Part shown: piece by piece, positions 9,916 through 19,119 of the stretch | Position numbering within the stretch: position 1 is the first letter of the stretch | Layout of the letters: every line of letters starts with the position of its first letter | Sequence record: NC_049344.1 | Source of the DNA: Escherichia phage 520873 | Length of the DNA stretch: 37,583 nt | Strand: one strand, 5' to 3' | The notes under the pieces: generated by a model | Databases searched by the model: none | Told to the model about the DNA's origin: nothing | What the model saw: only the letters and a program-made list of their open reading frames with translations | Translations under genes and position numbers: made by a program

Positions 9916-10227
9916 ATGACGACACCAACCAGGCGGATAAGTTTCTATCTGAAGCCTGCGGCCGTCAAGAACGAAAGCGAAGCATGCGCCTGGCTGGACA
10001 GCCTTACACCGGAAGCCCGCAAAAGCGGCCAACGCGTGGCTTTTCTGGCCGGGCTGGCACTTCTGAAAATGAATCCGGCAGAGGCTTACCGACTGGCCGC
10101 ATGGGCTGATGATGAGATGTTACCTGTGACACAAATCAGCTCAAAAAAGTTTGAAGCACAGTCTGCACCAGTGGCTAAGATAACCAGCCAGATGGCTGGG
10201 AATATCCGGGCGTTATTTCCTGAGTAA
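9916..10227 (+). CDS. parR: ParR-like centromere-binding adaptor
   Basis: RRISFYLKP...LDSLTPEARKSGQRVAFLAGLALL...RALFPE parallels remembered R1 ParR (RRTIAFKLNP...LDSIPQGERSRLNRAALTAGLAL...RSLFPKE); RBS AAGGAG, starts 5 nt after the parM stop. Confidence 0.75.
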   Translation: MTTPTRRISFYLKPAAVKNESEACAWLDSLTPEARKSGQRVAFLAGLALLKMNPAEAYRLAAWADDEMLPVTQISSKKFEAQSAPVAKITSQMAGNIRALFPE

Positions 10228-10355
10228 AAGCATCTGCGCGAAAAATGCTCACGTTTATAGAAACAGTATCATTCCATTTGGCACACTTACTTCAATAATC
10301 GATCTGTTAAACAAATAGATTGTCTATTATCTATCGATTAAAACGATCAATTATC

Positions 10356-10383
10356 TTGACAGTAATGTGCCTTTTTGTAAGAT
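10356..10383 (+). promoter_or_regulatory. Sigma-70-like promoter (TTGACA-N16-TGnTAAGAT) in an AT-rich GATC/ATCGAT-rich region
   Basis: TTGACA at 10356-10361, extended -10 TGTAAGAT at 10376-10383. Confidence 0.4.
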
Positions 10384-10389
10384 CGTTCG

Positions 10390-10576
10390 CATTGTGAGCG
10401 ACAAGATAATTGCGCAGCATTGTCCATGCAAAACGCCCCAATAGCAGCAACTATTGGGGCGTAAAACTCGGTCGGACTCACTTAACCTGATATGCGTGCC
10501 TTCCGAAGTAGTTCAAAATGTGCGTCGTATATTTTATTGCTTACACGCACCTCTGTAAAGGCACGCATATTTTTCC
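10390..10576 (+). promoter_or_regulatory. Structured ~185-nt leader or small RNA ending in a terminator-like hairpin
   Basis: Perfect 11-bp hairpin CGCCCCAATAG/CTATTGGGGCG (10434-10461); nested hairpin with perfect 13-bp outer stem ATATGCGTGCCTT/AAGGCACGCATAT (10490-10570) followed by T5 (10571-10575), 16 nt upstream of the next start codon. Confidence 0.3.
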
Positions 10577-10591
10577 TATGAGGTAAATAAA

Positions 10592-10861
10592 GTGCGGGCT
10601 AAAACAGGTATTTGCAAGAACCCTCATCGTTATAACCCAACATTTCTGTCTCTCCCTGAATATCAAGGACAAGAAGGTCGGCACAAATGCGCTGCCTGTG
10701 CTTTTGAGCTAGGCATAAAAGATGCGCTTGAAGGACGCGCTATGGCTCAGAATGATTTAGTTTTAGCTAACATTCCGTTTAGCCAGGCTGGAACTGTAAG
10801 GCACAGAGATGCCTATGAAGCATATGTTCGTGGTTGGCGATTAATACACAGCAACAATTGA
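10592..10861 (+). CDS. Hypothetical small Cys/His-containing protein (89 aa), function unknown
   Basis: GTG start with GAGG RBS; product contains CKNPH...HKCAAC; own promoter and terminator. Confidence 0.5.
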   Translation: MRAKTGICKNPHRYNPTFLSLPEYQGQEGRHKCAACAFELGIKDALEGRAMAQNDLVLANIPFSQAGTVRHRDAYEAYVRGWRLIHSNN

Positions 10862-10870
10862 TACTTTTGA

Positions 10871-10894
10871 AGCGCCGATAAGGCGCTTTTTTTG
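10871..10894 (+). terminator. Rho-independent terminator
   Basis: AGCGCC-gataa-GGCGCT followed by T7. Confidence 0.55.
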
Positions 10895-11347
10895 TTTGCA
10901 CGATAGTGCACAAGTTTGCACAATTTTTTTGAACGACTTTTTGTACTTCCGGCCCGCATGGCGGCTGGATCCGTCAAGGATCCGTGCGTGCACAAAAAAA
11001 CGCGTTTTTTCTGCGCGCAGGTGACGGGGGAACAGCCCGCGTTTCAGGGGGTAAATAGCGCTCCCTTAACGATGTCGCAGCGACACGACAGAATGGCCGT
11101 ATTTCTCACGCTGAGCGTGAAAAATACGTGAGGGATTCTGATTTGATGGGGTGAAAGGTAAGGCCGTCAAAATCGCACTGAGGCGGCGAGAACATGCAGT
11201 CAACGCGGTGGGATTGCGTAAGAGTCTGACCGTCGATGGTGGCGATAAACTGGAAGGCGTCGTGAAATTATCTGACTGATACAGGAGCTGGAGAGTCGGG
11301 GCATAAATTTTTTATGCCCCGGCGAAGCAGCAGACAAGCGAAGCGCG

Positions 11348-12388
11348 TCAGGATGTGGGCTGGATGTCTAACAGTGCGTAAGGGTTAAAGCGGATCACCT
11401 CTTCGCCAAGCCAGTCATTGATGTGCTTCATGGCCTCCATGACGGGCATCAGCTCGTTAATTGCGTAAACCCGCGCGGCCTTCTCCACATCACCAAACGC
11501 ACTTTTTTCACCCGGCATCGCCCCCATCAGTTGCGGCGGAACGCGGTGCGCAGCCAGCACATCATCACGGGATGCCGCCTTAACATTCATGAACTCATCC
11601 TTTGCGGTGATCTGCTGGAACGGCAAAATTTGCACCCCCTCTTTGCCCCCGTTGGGCGCATGAATGAGCACGTTTTTAAACGCACCACCACCACGCGCAC
11701 CCTGTAGCGTTTCTTTCAGGGAGTCCATGCTTTCGCGGTTTACCTGCGCTGCACCGATGTAGATGATGCACCCGGCGTGGGATCCGTTGTCGTAATACAG
11801 TTTTCTGAACATGTCCGCCGAATGAGACAGGCTGGCCGAGAGTAATGCGCCGAGATATTCCGGCATGCCGTAGATTTCCTGGTTAATGTCAGGATTCATC
11901 AGGTGACACACTTTGCCAGGGCGAAACTGAAACGCGTCCTTGCCATCCTGCACATACCACCATGATTCAAGATCGCTTCCGCGTCGCATGTATTTCGCCA
12001 GGGCGTGCCGTAATTTAAGCGGTTCGCCGAGCATATTGCTTCGAAGCTCAAGAAATGCGTTACCGAACACAAACCAGTCCAGCGCCGAGAAATCCTGCCG
12101 GGAAAGCAGCGGGTGCGGGATGTAGCAACCGAGTAATACATTGCGCTTAAAGTAAAGCGCAGACTGATGCCAGGACGTTTGCCGGGCAGCTCTTGCCAGA
12201 CCGTACCAGTCCACCGGGGTTTCATACCACCGACCGTTATCAGCACAGTACATATTGTCCAGCAGGTCATGCCCGGTCAGGCGGTAAGGACCATCAAATG
12301 TGAATGCACTGAGCGACGATTCTTTCCTGAGCGCATCAGCGAGATCAATGCGTGAACTCATGCGCAATTTTTTATTTTTTCTGCTCAT
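11348..12388 (-). CDS. Q: Portal protein gpQ
   Basis: 346-aa ORF matching P2 gpQ in size and position, immediately downstream of the terminase gene. Confidence 0.9.
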   Translation of the reverse strand: MSRKNKKLRMSSRIDLADALRKESSLSAFTFDGPYRLTGHDLLDNMYCADNGRWYETPVDWYGLARAARQTSWHQSALYFKRNVLLGCYIPHPLLSRQDFSALDWFVFGNAFLELRSNMLGEPLKLRHALAKYMRRGSDLESWWYVQDGKDAFQFRPGKVCHLMNPDINQEIYGMPEYLGALLSASLSHSADMFRKLYYDNGSHAGCIIYIGAAQVNRESMDSLKETLQGARGGGAFKNVLIHAPNGGKEGVQILPFQQITAKDEFMNVKAASRDDVLAAHRVPPQLMGAMPGEKSAFGDVEKAARVYAINELMPVMEAMKHINDWLGEEVIRFNPYALLDIQPTS

Positions 12389-14139
12389 CAGAACTCCATA
12401 ACCGTGAAACGCTCGTTTTCTCCTTCGCCGCCAATCGGTTCGTTAATGACAGCAAGCATGGTTGCCCACGCAAGGTCGCCGTGGCTGATCCCCCTCGCAC
12501 GGTCCGTTTCGTAAGTGATAAAGCCGCCCGGTGTTTTCACCTTACGCACGGCGTTAAAGGCCGCGACCAGCTCGCGTTCGGCGCGATCGTATTCCCACCG
12601 CCCGGCACGCATTATTTGCAGCATTTTCAGTACCAGCGACCGTTTTGATGACAGCGTGAAGGTGTACGGAATAGCGGCAGGGAAAAACCGTTTCACTATC
12701 TGATAAACAGCCTCCCCGTTCCCGCCCGTCACATCAATGCCGATGTGTTCCACGTTGTAGCGACACGTGAACTCTTCAATGACTCTGGCCTGTTCTTCAA
12801 ACTCCAGCCCCTGAACGCGTCGCGTCTCCACCGTTCGAAAACGGCCACCAGGAACAGACGGAGGAACCACCACGGACACAGCGCCGCTGTCGCCGTTGCC
12901 ACTGCTGCCGTTTGCGTCATACCCAATCCATACCGGACGATTCCCCATCGGGCGGGGAGCAAAAGGTTTCCAGTCTTTCCAGTCGTCGTATCCGTCAACG
13001 CCGCAGCCAATCAGGATATTCAGGTTAAATGCCGATTCCCCTTCGCGGACAAACTCACACATATAGAGATTGAGGAACTCGTCTTCGGTGTTTTCATCAC
13101 GAATTTCGTCGATATCGGTGTGTTTCCAGCCGTGATTAACCACATCTTCCAGCGTGACAATTTGCCGCCACGTCCGGTCAGGGCAGATAAGCCCGTTATG
13201 CAGCGTTTTCCAGTCCACAGAAAAACGCTGGCGTTTATGCGAGGCCTTTTTCTCGTTCCAGCGGTCGCCGTTCCAGTAGGCGTATGCCTCGTGCGTTTCG
13301 GTGGATGGCGTGGAGAAGTAGGTGCGCCGCAGTCCGCTGAGGGTTGCCATAGCGCCAGCCACCTTGCGCAGTTCAGCAAAGCGACTGACCCAGAAAAATT
13401 CATCAAAATAAAAATTGCCCGTATAGGACTGTGCCGACGCAGCAGAAGTGCCGAGAAAATGCAGCTCTGCGCCGTTGGAGAGGATGATTTTATCGCCCCC
13501 TTTCAGCTCCACATCAACTTCAGCCGCGGCCTTCTGAATAATGCTTTTAAACTGGAACGCCTGACGACGCGACGCAGACAAAAAAATCTGGTTACGCTGG
13601 TAAGGTTGCGCCACATCGTCACGCAGCGCCATCAGCAGTGCTTCCTGTGCAAAATACCAGGTCGCCCCAATCTGTCGGGATTTCAGGATCATCCTGTTAC
13701 GTATCCCGGCTTCCCTGCAAAGGGTCAGGGAGTCAAACCAGCCCCGCTGATGCCACTCCAGCCTGCTGATGATTTTTTCCCGCAGTGCGGCAATCTGTTC
13801 CGGCGTGAAATGATTTTTGAGTTTTTTCGCCCGGCCTTTCTTTCCTGCGGCCATCACATCCGGCTGGCCATCATGCAGCTTTTTAAGCTGCCGGGTCAGC
13901 AGGTCTATTTCCTTAAAGTCACCGCCTGTTTTATTCTGTTTTTCAGTAAGCTGGATGAGGCGCGCATCAATGGACTGCGTGACACGCTGCACGGGTGGCG
14001 TTTCATCCCACTGGTCGCGTTTTTTCCACGCATAAATCGTGTTCGGGTTTATTCCCATCAGACGTGATATTTCTGCGGGCGGATAACCCTGCCAGTAAAG
14101 TTGCCGCGCACGCTGGCGCACAAAAGCGTCCTGAATCAT
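12388..14139 (-). CDS. P: Terminase large subunit gpP
   Basis: 583-aa ORF, P2 gpP-like size and position, divergent from the capsid operon. Confidence 0.9.
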   Translation of the reverse strand: MIQDAFVRQRARQLYWQGYPPAEISRLMGINPNTIYAWKKRDQWDETPPVQRVTQSIDARLIQLTEKQNKTGGDFKEIDLLTRQLKKLHDGQPDVMAAGKKGRAKKLKNHFTPEQIAALREKIISRLEWHQRGWFDSLTLCREAGIRNRMILKSRQIGATWYFAQEALLMALRDDVAQPYQRNQIFLSASRRQAFQFKSIIQKAAAEVDVELKGGDKIILSNGAELHFLGTSAASAQSYTGNFYFDEFFWVSRFAELRKVAGAMATLSGLRRTYFSTPSTETHEAYAYWNGDRWNEKKASHKRQRFSVDWKTLHNGLICPDRTWRQIVTLEDVVNHGWKHTDIDEIRDENTEDEFLNLYMCEFVREGESAFNLNILIGCGVDGYDDWKDWKPFAPRPMGNRPVWIGYDANGSSGNGDSGAVSVVVPPSVPGGRFRTVETRRVQGLEFEEQARVIEEFTCRYNVEHIGIDVTGGNGEAVYQIVKRFFPAAIPYTFTLSSKRSLVLKMLQIMRAGRWEYDRAERELVAAFNAVRKVKTPGGFITYETDRARGISHGDLAWATMLAVINEPIGGEGENERFTVMEF

Positions 14140-14293
14140 TGCTCCCCCTGAGTAATTACAGGAAGATTACCCGCGCGCGAAACCGTTCTCCTTAACCCCC
14201 GGTTCTGGCCGTTTTCTTACAACAAAAGCCCTTTGTATCAGCCTGTTACGCTTTGCCATCATGACTGAAGAACCAGTCAGAGGGGCAAAAACT

Positions 14294-15130
14294 ATGGCTA
14301 ATGAAAAAAAGACATCCCGCAAAAAGTTTCGCGTGGCTGTCTCCGGATCAACTGTTGATGGCCGCGAAATCAGTCCGGTACATCTGCGTGAAGCCGCCGA
14401 GAACTTCAACCCGGATGTTTACGCTGCCCGCGTGAACGTTGAGCACTATCTCTCGCCATGCCCGTCAAGCGAATTTTCCGCAATGGGCGATGTCACCGCG
14501 CTGAGTACGGAAGATATTACGGAAGGCCCGCTGGCCGGACGTACTGCGCTGTATGCAGAAATCGAACCGACCGAGCGCATGAAGCAGCTTGTCGCGGACG
14601 GCAAGAAAATCTATTCCAGTATCGAACTGCACCCGCAGTTCTCCGTTAACGGGCGCGCCTATCTGGTCGGGCTGGCGATGACCGACACCCCGGCAAGCCT
14701 GGGCACTGAGCGCCTGAAATTCACGGCACAGCAACGTCAGGCGGTGATGACGTTCAACGGTGTCCAGGGTGAAGCACCGCTTATCTCCGAAACCATCGAG
14801 TCTGAAATCATCGAAATGGCAGAACAACGCCAGGAAGAAGGCACCCAGTGGTTTAACCGCGTAATGGGGATTATTGGCCGTGGCCGCAAAGCGGATGACG
14901 CCAGTTTCTCCCGCATTCAGGAAGCGGTGGAAGGCGTCGCAACGTCACAGGCCGACATTATCGACCGTTTTAATGCACTGGAAACCCGCCATCAGCAGGA
15001 CAGCCAGAAAATCACTTCACTGACCACAGAGCTGGCAGCACTGAAGGAAAAACTGCGCACGCAGGACGGCGATCCGCAGAACCGGTTCACCGCAACGGGC
15101 GCAGCCTCCGACCAGCTGGCTGACTTCTGA
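14294..15130 (+). CDS. O: Capsid scaffolding protein gpO
   Basis: ATG at 14294; N-terminus MANEKKTSRKKFRVAVSGSTVDGREIS parallels remembered P2 gpO. Confidence 0.85.
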   Translation: MANEKKTSRKKFRVAVSGSTVDGREISPVHLREAAENFNPDVYAARVNVEHYLSPCPSSEFSAMGDVTALSTEDITEGPLAGRTALYAEIEPTERMKQLVADGKKIYSSIELHPQFSVNGRAYLVGLAMTDTPASLGTERLKFTAQQRQAVMTFNGVQGEAPLISETIESEIIEMAEQRQEEGTQWFNRVMGIIGRGRKADDASFSRIQEAVEGVATSQADIIDRFNALETRHQQDSQKITSLTTELAALKEKLRTQDGDPQNRFTATGAASDQLADF

Positions 15131-15153
15131 TAAGACAAAGGAGCAAATTTTTT

Positions 15154-16206
15154 ATGAATCTGGTGATGTCAGATATTACCCGCAACAAGCTGGGTTGCTA
15201 TATGGCGCAGCAGGCGTCGCTTAACAATATCCCGATTTCCGCACTGGTATCGCGATTTACCGTGGAACCCTCGGTACAGCAGCGTTTTGAAAACGCCTCA
15301 AAGGAAAGCACCGAATTTACAAAAAGAATTAACGTGATCGGCGTGACCGACCAGAAAGGTGAAAAAATCCTCCTGGATACCACCGGGCCGATTGCGCGCA
15401 CGAATACCAGTTATGACGGCACAAAACGCCGTAACCCGAATAACGTGGTTGATCTGAAAAACCGCAAATACCAGTGCGAACAGGTGAACTACGACACGTT
15501 TATTTCATATCCGCAGCTTGATGCCTGGGCGGCACACCCTGATTTTCAGTCCCGCATCAGCGCACAGATTGCCCGACAGGTGGCGCTTGACCGCATCATG
15601 ATCGGTTTCAACGGCACGTCTCACGCGGATGAGTCCAACTTCAGCACCAACAAGCTGCTTCAGGACGTTAACGTGGGATGGCTGGAGCACATCAGAACCG
15701 ACGCCAGCGAGCGCGTTATGAATGACGTGACGCTGACCTCCCGTAACATGGACAACACCGTGGCGCACGCGGGTAAGTATGCGAATGCTGATGCACTGGT
15801 ACAGGACGCGCGCTCATCCCTGCTGGATGAATGGCACAAGGAAGCTGACGACCTCGTGGTGATTATGGGGCGCAACCTGTTTAACTCGCTGCGTCTGCCC
15901 GTGCTGAACAGCATCAGCGGCCAGAATCCCAATGCGGAATTACTCGCCGGGCAGCTCATCCTGTCATCGCGCACCATTGGCGGGCTGGGCGTGTTCCTTG
16001 CGCCGTTCTTCCCGGATGCAACGATGCTGATCACCTCGTTCAACAACCTGTCGATTTACTGGCAGAAAGGTTCAATGCGTCGCCTGATGAAAGACGAGCC
16101 GGAATACAACCGCATCGCCACCTACCAGTCCATCAATGACGCTTATGTCGTTGAAGACTATGGCAAGTGCGCGATGGTCACTGGCCTGAAGTTCGCCGAC
16201 AGCTAA
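15154..16206 (+). CDS. N: Major capsid protein gpN
   Basis: FTVEPSV, IMIGFNGT, NLSIYWQ, VVEDYG blocks match remembered P2 gpN. Confidence 0.9.
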   Translation: MNLVMSDITRNKLGCYMAQQASLNNIPISALVSRFTVEPSVQQRFENASKESTEFTKRINVIGVTDQKGEKILLDTTGPIARTNTSYDGTKRRNPNNVVDLKNRKYQCEQVNYDTFISYPQLDAWAAHPDFQSRISAQIARQVALDRIMIGFNGTSHADESNFSTNKLLQDVNVGWLEHIRTDASERVMNDVTLTSRNMDNTVAHAGKYANADALVQDARSSLLDEWHKEADDLVVIMGRNLFNSLRLPVLNSISGQNPNAELLAGQLILSSRTIGGLGVFLAPFFPDATMLITSFNNLSIYWQKGSMRRLMKDEPEYNRIATYQSINDAYVVEDYGKCAMVTGLKFADS

Positions 16207-16251
16207 TCAACTCACGGCGGGCATCATGCCCGCCTGTAACGGAGAGAAAAA

Positions 16252-17052
16252 ATGATTACTCCTGCACAGCAACACTGGCAGAACGTGATGGCACAGCGCG
16301 CAGGCCGGGCGAATGAAGGCGTGGACCACGCCGCGCGTACCGCGCATGAAGAGGTGCTGTATCGTCTGCGTCTGGCACAGGCCCGGCTTAAGGGCGTACA
16401 GGCCAGAAGCGCGAAAGCCGCCATCAAAAAAGAGTTGTTGCCGGATTTTTCCGGCTGGATTGAGGGAACGCTGGAGGCTGACGGCGGGCAGCAGGATGAA
16501 GTGATTGCCACGCTGATGGTGTGGGCGATTGACTGCGGCGATCTTCCGCTGGCGCTGCGTATTGGTGCGTATGTGGTCTGTCACAACCTCATCATGCCGG
16601 ATAACTTTGGCCGTACTGCTGCCACGGTACTGACCGAAGAAATCTGCAACCCGGTACTGACGCAGGCCGGAGCGGATGCCGACGCAGATTTGTCCGCCTT
16701 TATCGAACCACTGGACACCCTCCGGAAGATTGTCACCGACCAGGACATGCCGGACGAAGTACGCGCCAAATTATGCAAGGCGTGCGCCTTTGCCCGTCGT
16801 GGTCTGACCGATGCAGACAACATGGCCCTGTCACTGAAGCTGCTGCGCGAAGCGATGCACCTGAACCCGAACGCAGGTGTGAAACGCGAGATTGCAACCC
16901 TTTCCCGCGCCCTGAAAAAAGCCGATTCCGCAGCCGAACCAGAAGACGCCAGCGCACAGCAGGCGCAGGACGAAAGCAGCAAAAGTAAAAAGACAACGCG
17001 GAAGCCTGCAACACGAAAAACCACCGCGACGCAGAAGGCGAAGCGCGGTTAA
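16252..17052 (+). CDS. M: Terminase small subunit gpM
   Basis: Position after N, size 266 aa, basic C-terminal tail. Confidence 0.8.
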   Translation: MITPAQQHWQNVMAQRAGRANEGVDHAARTAHEEVLYRLRLAQARLKGVQARSAKAAIKKELLPDFSGWIEGTLEADGGQQDEVIATLMVWAIDCGDLPLALRIGAYVVCHNLIMPDNFGRTAATVLTEEICNPVLTQAGADADADLSAFIEPLDTLRKIVTDQDMPDEVRAKLCKACAFARRGLTDADNMALSLKLLREAMHLNPNAGVKREIATLSRALKKADSAAEPEDASAQQAQDESSKSKKTTRKPATRKTTATQKAKRG

Positions 17053-17145
17053 CGACTGACCCCGTCAGCGGGCGGCGTGCGCAGTGTTCCGGTTTGACTC
17101 CGTGACCGTTTACACCGTGCACCCACCGCCCGATTTTTTTCAGGA

Positions 17146-17649
17146 GTGAACCCCATGAGTATGGTTGCCAGAACTGAACCCAGACCCGCAGAGGACGACA
17201 TCACCGATACCGATGATGGCGATACCCGCATTTCAGCGGGTGCATTCTGGCCGGATATTGTGCTGCGCGAGCTGCGTCTGGCGGTACGACTGCCGGGCCG
17301 TGTGACCACCTCCCGCCTGCTGCATACTGCCACCGGGGCTGTGGCACACGTTACCCGCGAGCTGGAAGCATGGCAGCAGGAACAGCAGGCAGCTGGCCAT
17401 CAGACGCTGGCCGATGTTCCGGCACCCGTAATTAACGGAGAAAGCGTCAATCTCTGGCACTGGCGCAATGCTGTTTATACCGCCACGCGCGCCCTGATTC
17501 TGGAGCGTTATCGTGATGCAGACACAACGGACAAGGGCGACCGCCGGGCGGACGCTCTGGATATACAGACATCGGATTTGTGGCGTGATGTGAGCTGGGC
17601 CATCTCTGACATTCTGTGCCGCCCGCGAATCTTTGCGGAGTTGTGCTGA
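17146..17649 (+). CDS. L: Head completion protein gpL
   Basis: 167-aa ORF in the gpL position. Confidence 0.8.
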   Translation: MNPMSMVARTEPRPAEDDITDTDDGDTRISAGAFWPDIVLRELRLAVRLPGRVTTSRLLHTATGAVAHVTRELEAWQQEQQAAGHQTLADVPAPVINGESVNLWHWRNAVYTATRALILERYRDADTTDKGDRRADALDIQTSDLWRDVSWAISDILCRPRIFAELC

Positions 17650-17849
17650 TGAAAGTGAAGGCACTGGAAGGCGACACCGTGGATTCGCTCTGTTTCCGGT
17701 ACTACGGCACGACGCAGGGCGTCACCGAAAAGGTGCTGGATGCCAACCCCGGACTCTGTCAGCAGGTATTTCTGGACGCCGGGCAGGAAGTTGAGATGCC
17801 GGAGCCGGAGAAGAAGAAACGAGAAATGATTCAGTTGTGGGGGGAGTAG
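17649..17849 (+). CDS. X: Tail protein gpX
   Basis: MKVKALEGDTVDSLCFRYYGTTQGVTEKVLDANPGL matches remembered P2 gpX; ATG overlaps the L stop. Confidence 0.75.
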   Translation: MKVKALEGDTVDSLCFRYYGTTQGVTEKVLDANPGLCQQVFLDAGQEVEMPEPEKKKREMIQLWGE

Positions 17850-17851
17850 CA

Positions 17852-18175
17852 GTGAGCACCATTCAAACAGGGATCACAGAGCAGGTTATTGCGTGGCTCT
17901 TTGACCACCTGCCAACGGTGTATGCAGTAGGCGCGGCGGTCAGCATTTCCGCGCTGATGAGTCTTTATGACGGACGAACACTGGTTCAGACCGTAACGGG
18001 ATCGCTGGCGTGCGGCGTTCTTGCCATGGCCGTGGCCGGGTCGTTGCGCTTCTTCGGGTTTCCTGAAGATGCCGTGACGTTTATCGGCGCATCAATCGGT
18101 TTTATGGGTGCAGAGAAAGCACGCGACAAGGTTATTGCGGCCTTTAATCGCAGGGTGAAGGAGAAGGACGAATGA
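17852..18175 (+). CDS. Holin (gpY position)
   Basis: GTG start after GGGGAG RBS; hydrophobic segments; precedes the endolysin. Confidence 0.6.
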   Translation: MSTIQTGITEQVIAWLFDHLPTVYAVGAAVSISALMSLYDGRTLVQTVTGSLACGVLAMAVAGSLRFFGFPEDAVTFIGASIGFMGAEKARDKVIAAFNRRVKEKDE

Positions 18176-18564
18176 GCAACACATTTAAATTCAGCAGCCG
18201 GAGCGAAAAGAATTTGCAGGGCGTAAATCCTGATCTGGTGAAAGTGACCCGACGGGCACTGGAAATCTCGGAAGTGGATTTTGGTATCACCGAAGGGTTG
18301 CGCAGCCGTTACCGCCAGAAGCAACTGGTGGCCACGGGTAAGAGCCAGACCATGAACAGCCGCCACCTTACGGGGCATGCCGTGGATGTTGTGGCTTATA
18401 TCGGCAGCCAGGTGTCATGGGAATGGCCGCTGTACGAAAAAATCGCAGCAGCATTCAGACAGGCCAGCCGGGAACTGAATATTCCGGTGGAATGGGGCGG
18501 CGACTGGAAGACCCTGAAAGACGGACCGCATTTTCAGTTACCACACGGAGCCTATCCGGCATGA
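18172..18564 (+). CDS. Endolysin, L-alanyl-D-glutamate peptidase (M15-type)
   Basis: 130-aa protein with the HxxxD...H pattern of zinc peptidase endolysins (SRHLTGHAVDV...GPHFQL); in the P2 gene K position but not a lysozyme fold. Confidence 0.75.
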   Translation: MSNTFKFSSRSEKNLQGVNPDLVKVTRRALEISEVDFGITEGLRSRYRQKQLVATGKSQTMNSRHLTGHAVDVVAYIGSQVSWEWPLYEKIAAAFRQASRELNIPVEWGGDWKTLKDGPHFQLPHGAYPA

Positions 18565-18968
18565 AGCTCTGGCCCACGCTTGGCGTCGCTTTCCTTCTGA
18601 TTGCCGGATGGGGAGCATCCATGCGTCTGTCGTGGTCACTGGGCCGGGAGAACGCCAGAAACGAAGCGCAGGCCAGCACCCTGAAAAGTACCGTCGACAC
18701 CCTGAATATCATCAGCGCCGGGGTACAGGATATGCAGCAGGTGCTGGCACAGCTCCGCGCGGAAAATCAGCAACGCAATCAGGACGGAGAGGCCAGACGT
18801 GAACAGCTACGCAACGATATTGCAAAAGATGAATGCGCCCACGCTTTGCCTGACGCTCGTTTTACTGACAGGTTGCGCAGGCACGCAGAACGCGCCACGG
18901 CCAGCGCCGTCAGTCCGGCTTATACCGCAGACGCTGACCATACCGGTAACGCCTCCCCCCTTCCCTGA
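18561..18968 (+). CDS. Spanin inner-membrane subunit (LysB/Rz-like)
   Basis: N-terminal TM helix MKLWPTLGVAFLLIAGW then coiled-coil-like region; ATGA overlap with the endolysin stop. Confidence 0.65.
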   Translation: MKLWPTLGVAFLLIAGWGASMRLSWSLGRENARNEAQASTLKSTVDTLNIISAGVQDMQQVLAQLRAENQQRNQDGEARREQLRNDIAKDECAHALPDARFTDRLRRHAERATASAVSPAYTADADHTGNASPLP

Positions 18969-19119
18969 TACTCCCACATGGGGAAATCTCGGTATATGGG
19001 GCGACCGCCTTCTGGATGCACTGGAAACCTGTAACGCGGATAAACGGGCCATTGAATTACTGGAACAGCGCAGGCTGCAACGACTGAACAACGAGGATAA
19101 CAACCATGCTGAAAACTGA
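18799..19119 (+). CDS. Spanin outer-membrane lipoprotein subunit (LysC/Rz1-like), embedded out of frame in lysB
   Basis: Signal peptide with lipobox LLTGC, proline-rich; overlapped-spanin architecture. Confidence 0.55.
   Translation: MNSYATILQKMNAPTLCLTLVLLTGCAGTQNAPRPAPSVRLIPQTLTIPVTPPPFPDTPTWGNLGIWGDRLLDALETCNADKRAIELLEQRRLQRLNNEDNNHAEN

Noticed and set aside
10390-10576. Retron msr/msd non-coding RNA
   Set aside because: No reverse transcriptase gene follows; the only downstream ORF is 89 aa.
8876-11347. Presence of P2 old/tin exclusion genes or a large nuclease or ATPase defence system at the A-Q hotspot
   Set aside because: No ORF of suitable size or motif; the locus contains only parM, parR and the small cassette.
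12745-14067. 440-aa plus-strand ORF opposite the terminase gene
   Set aside because: Antisense to the terminase large subunit; Arg/Pro-rich low-complexity translation typical of shadow ORFs.
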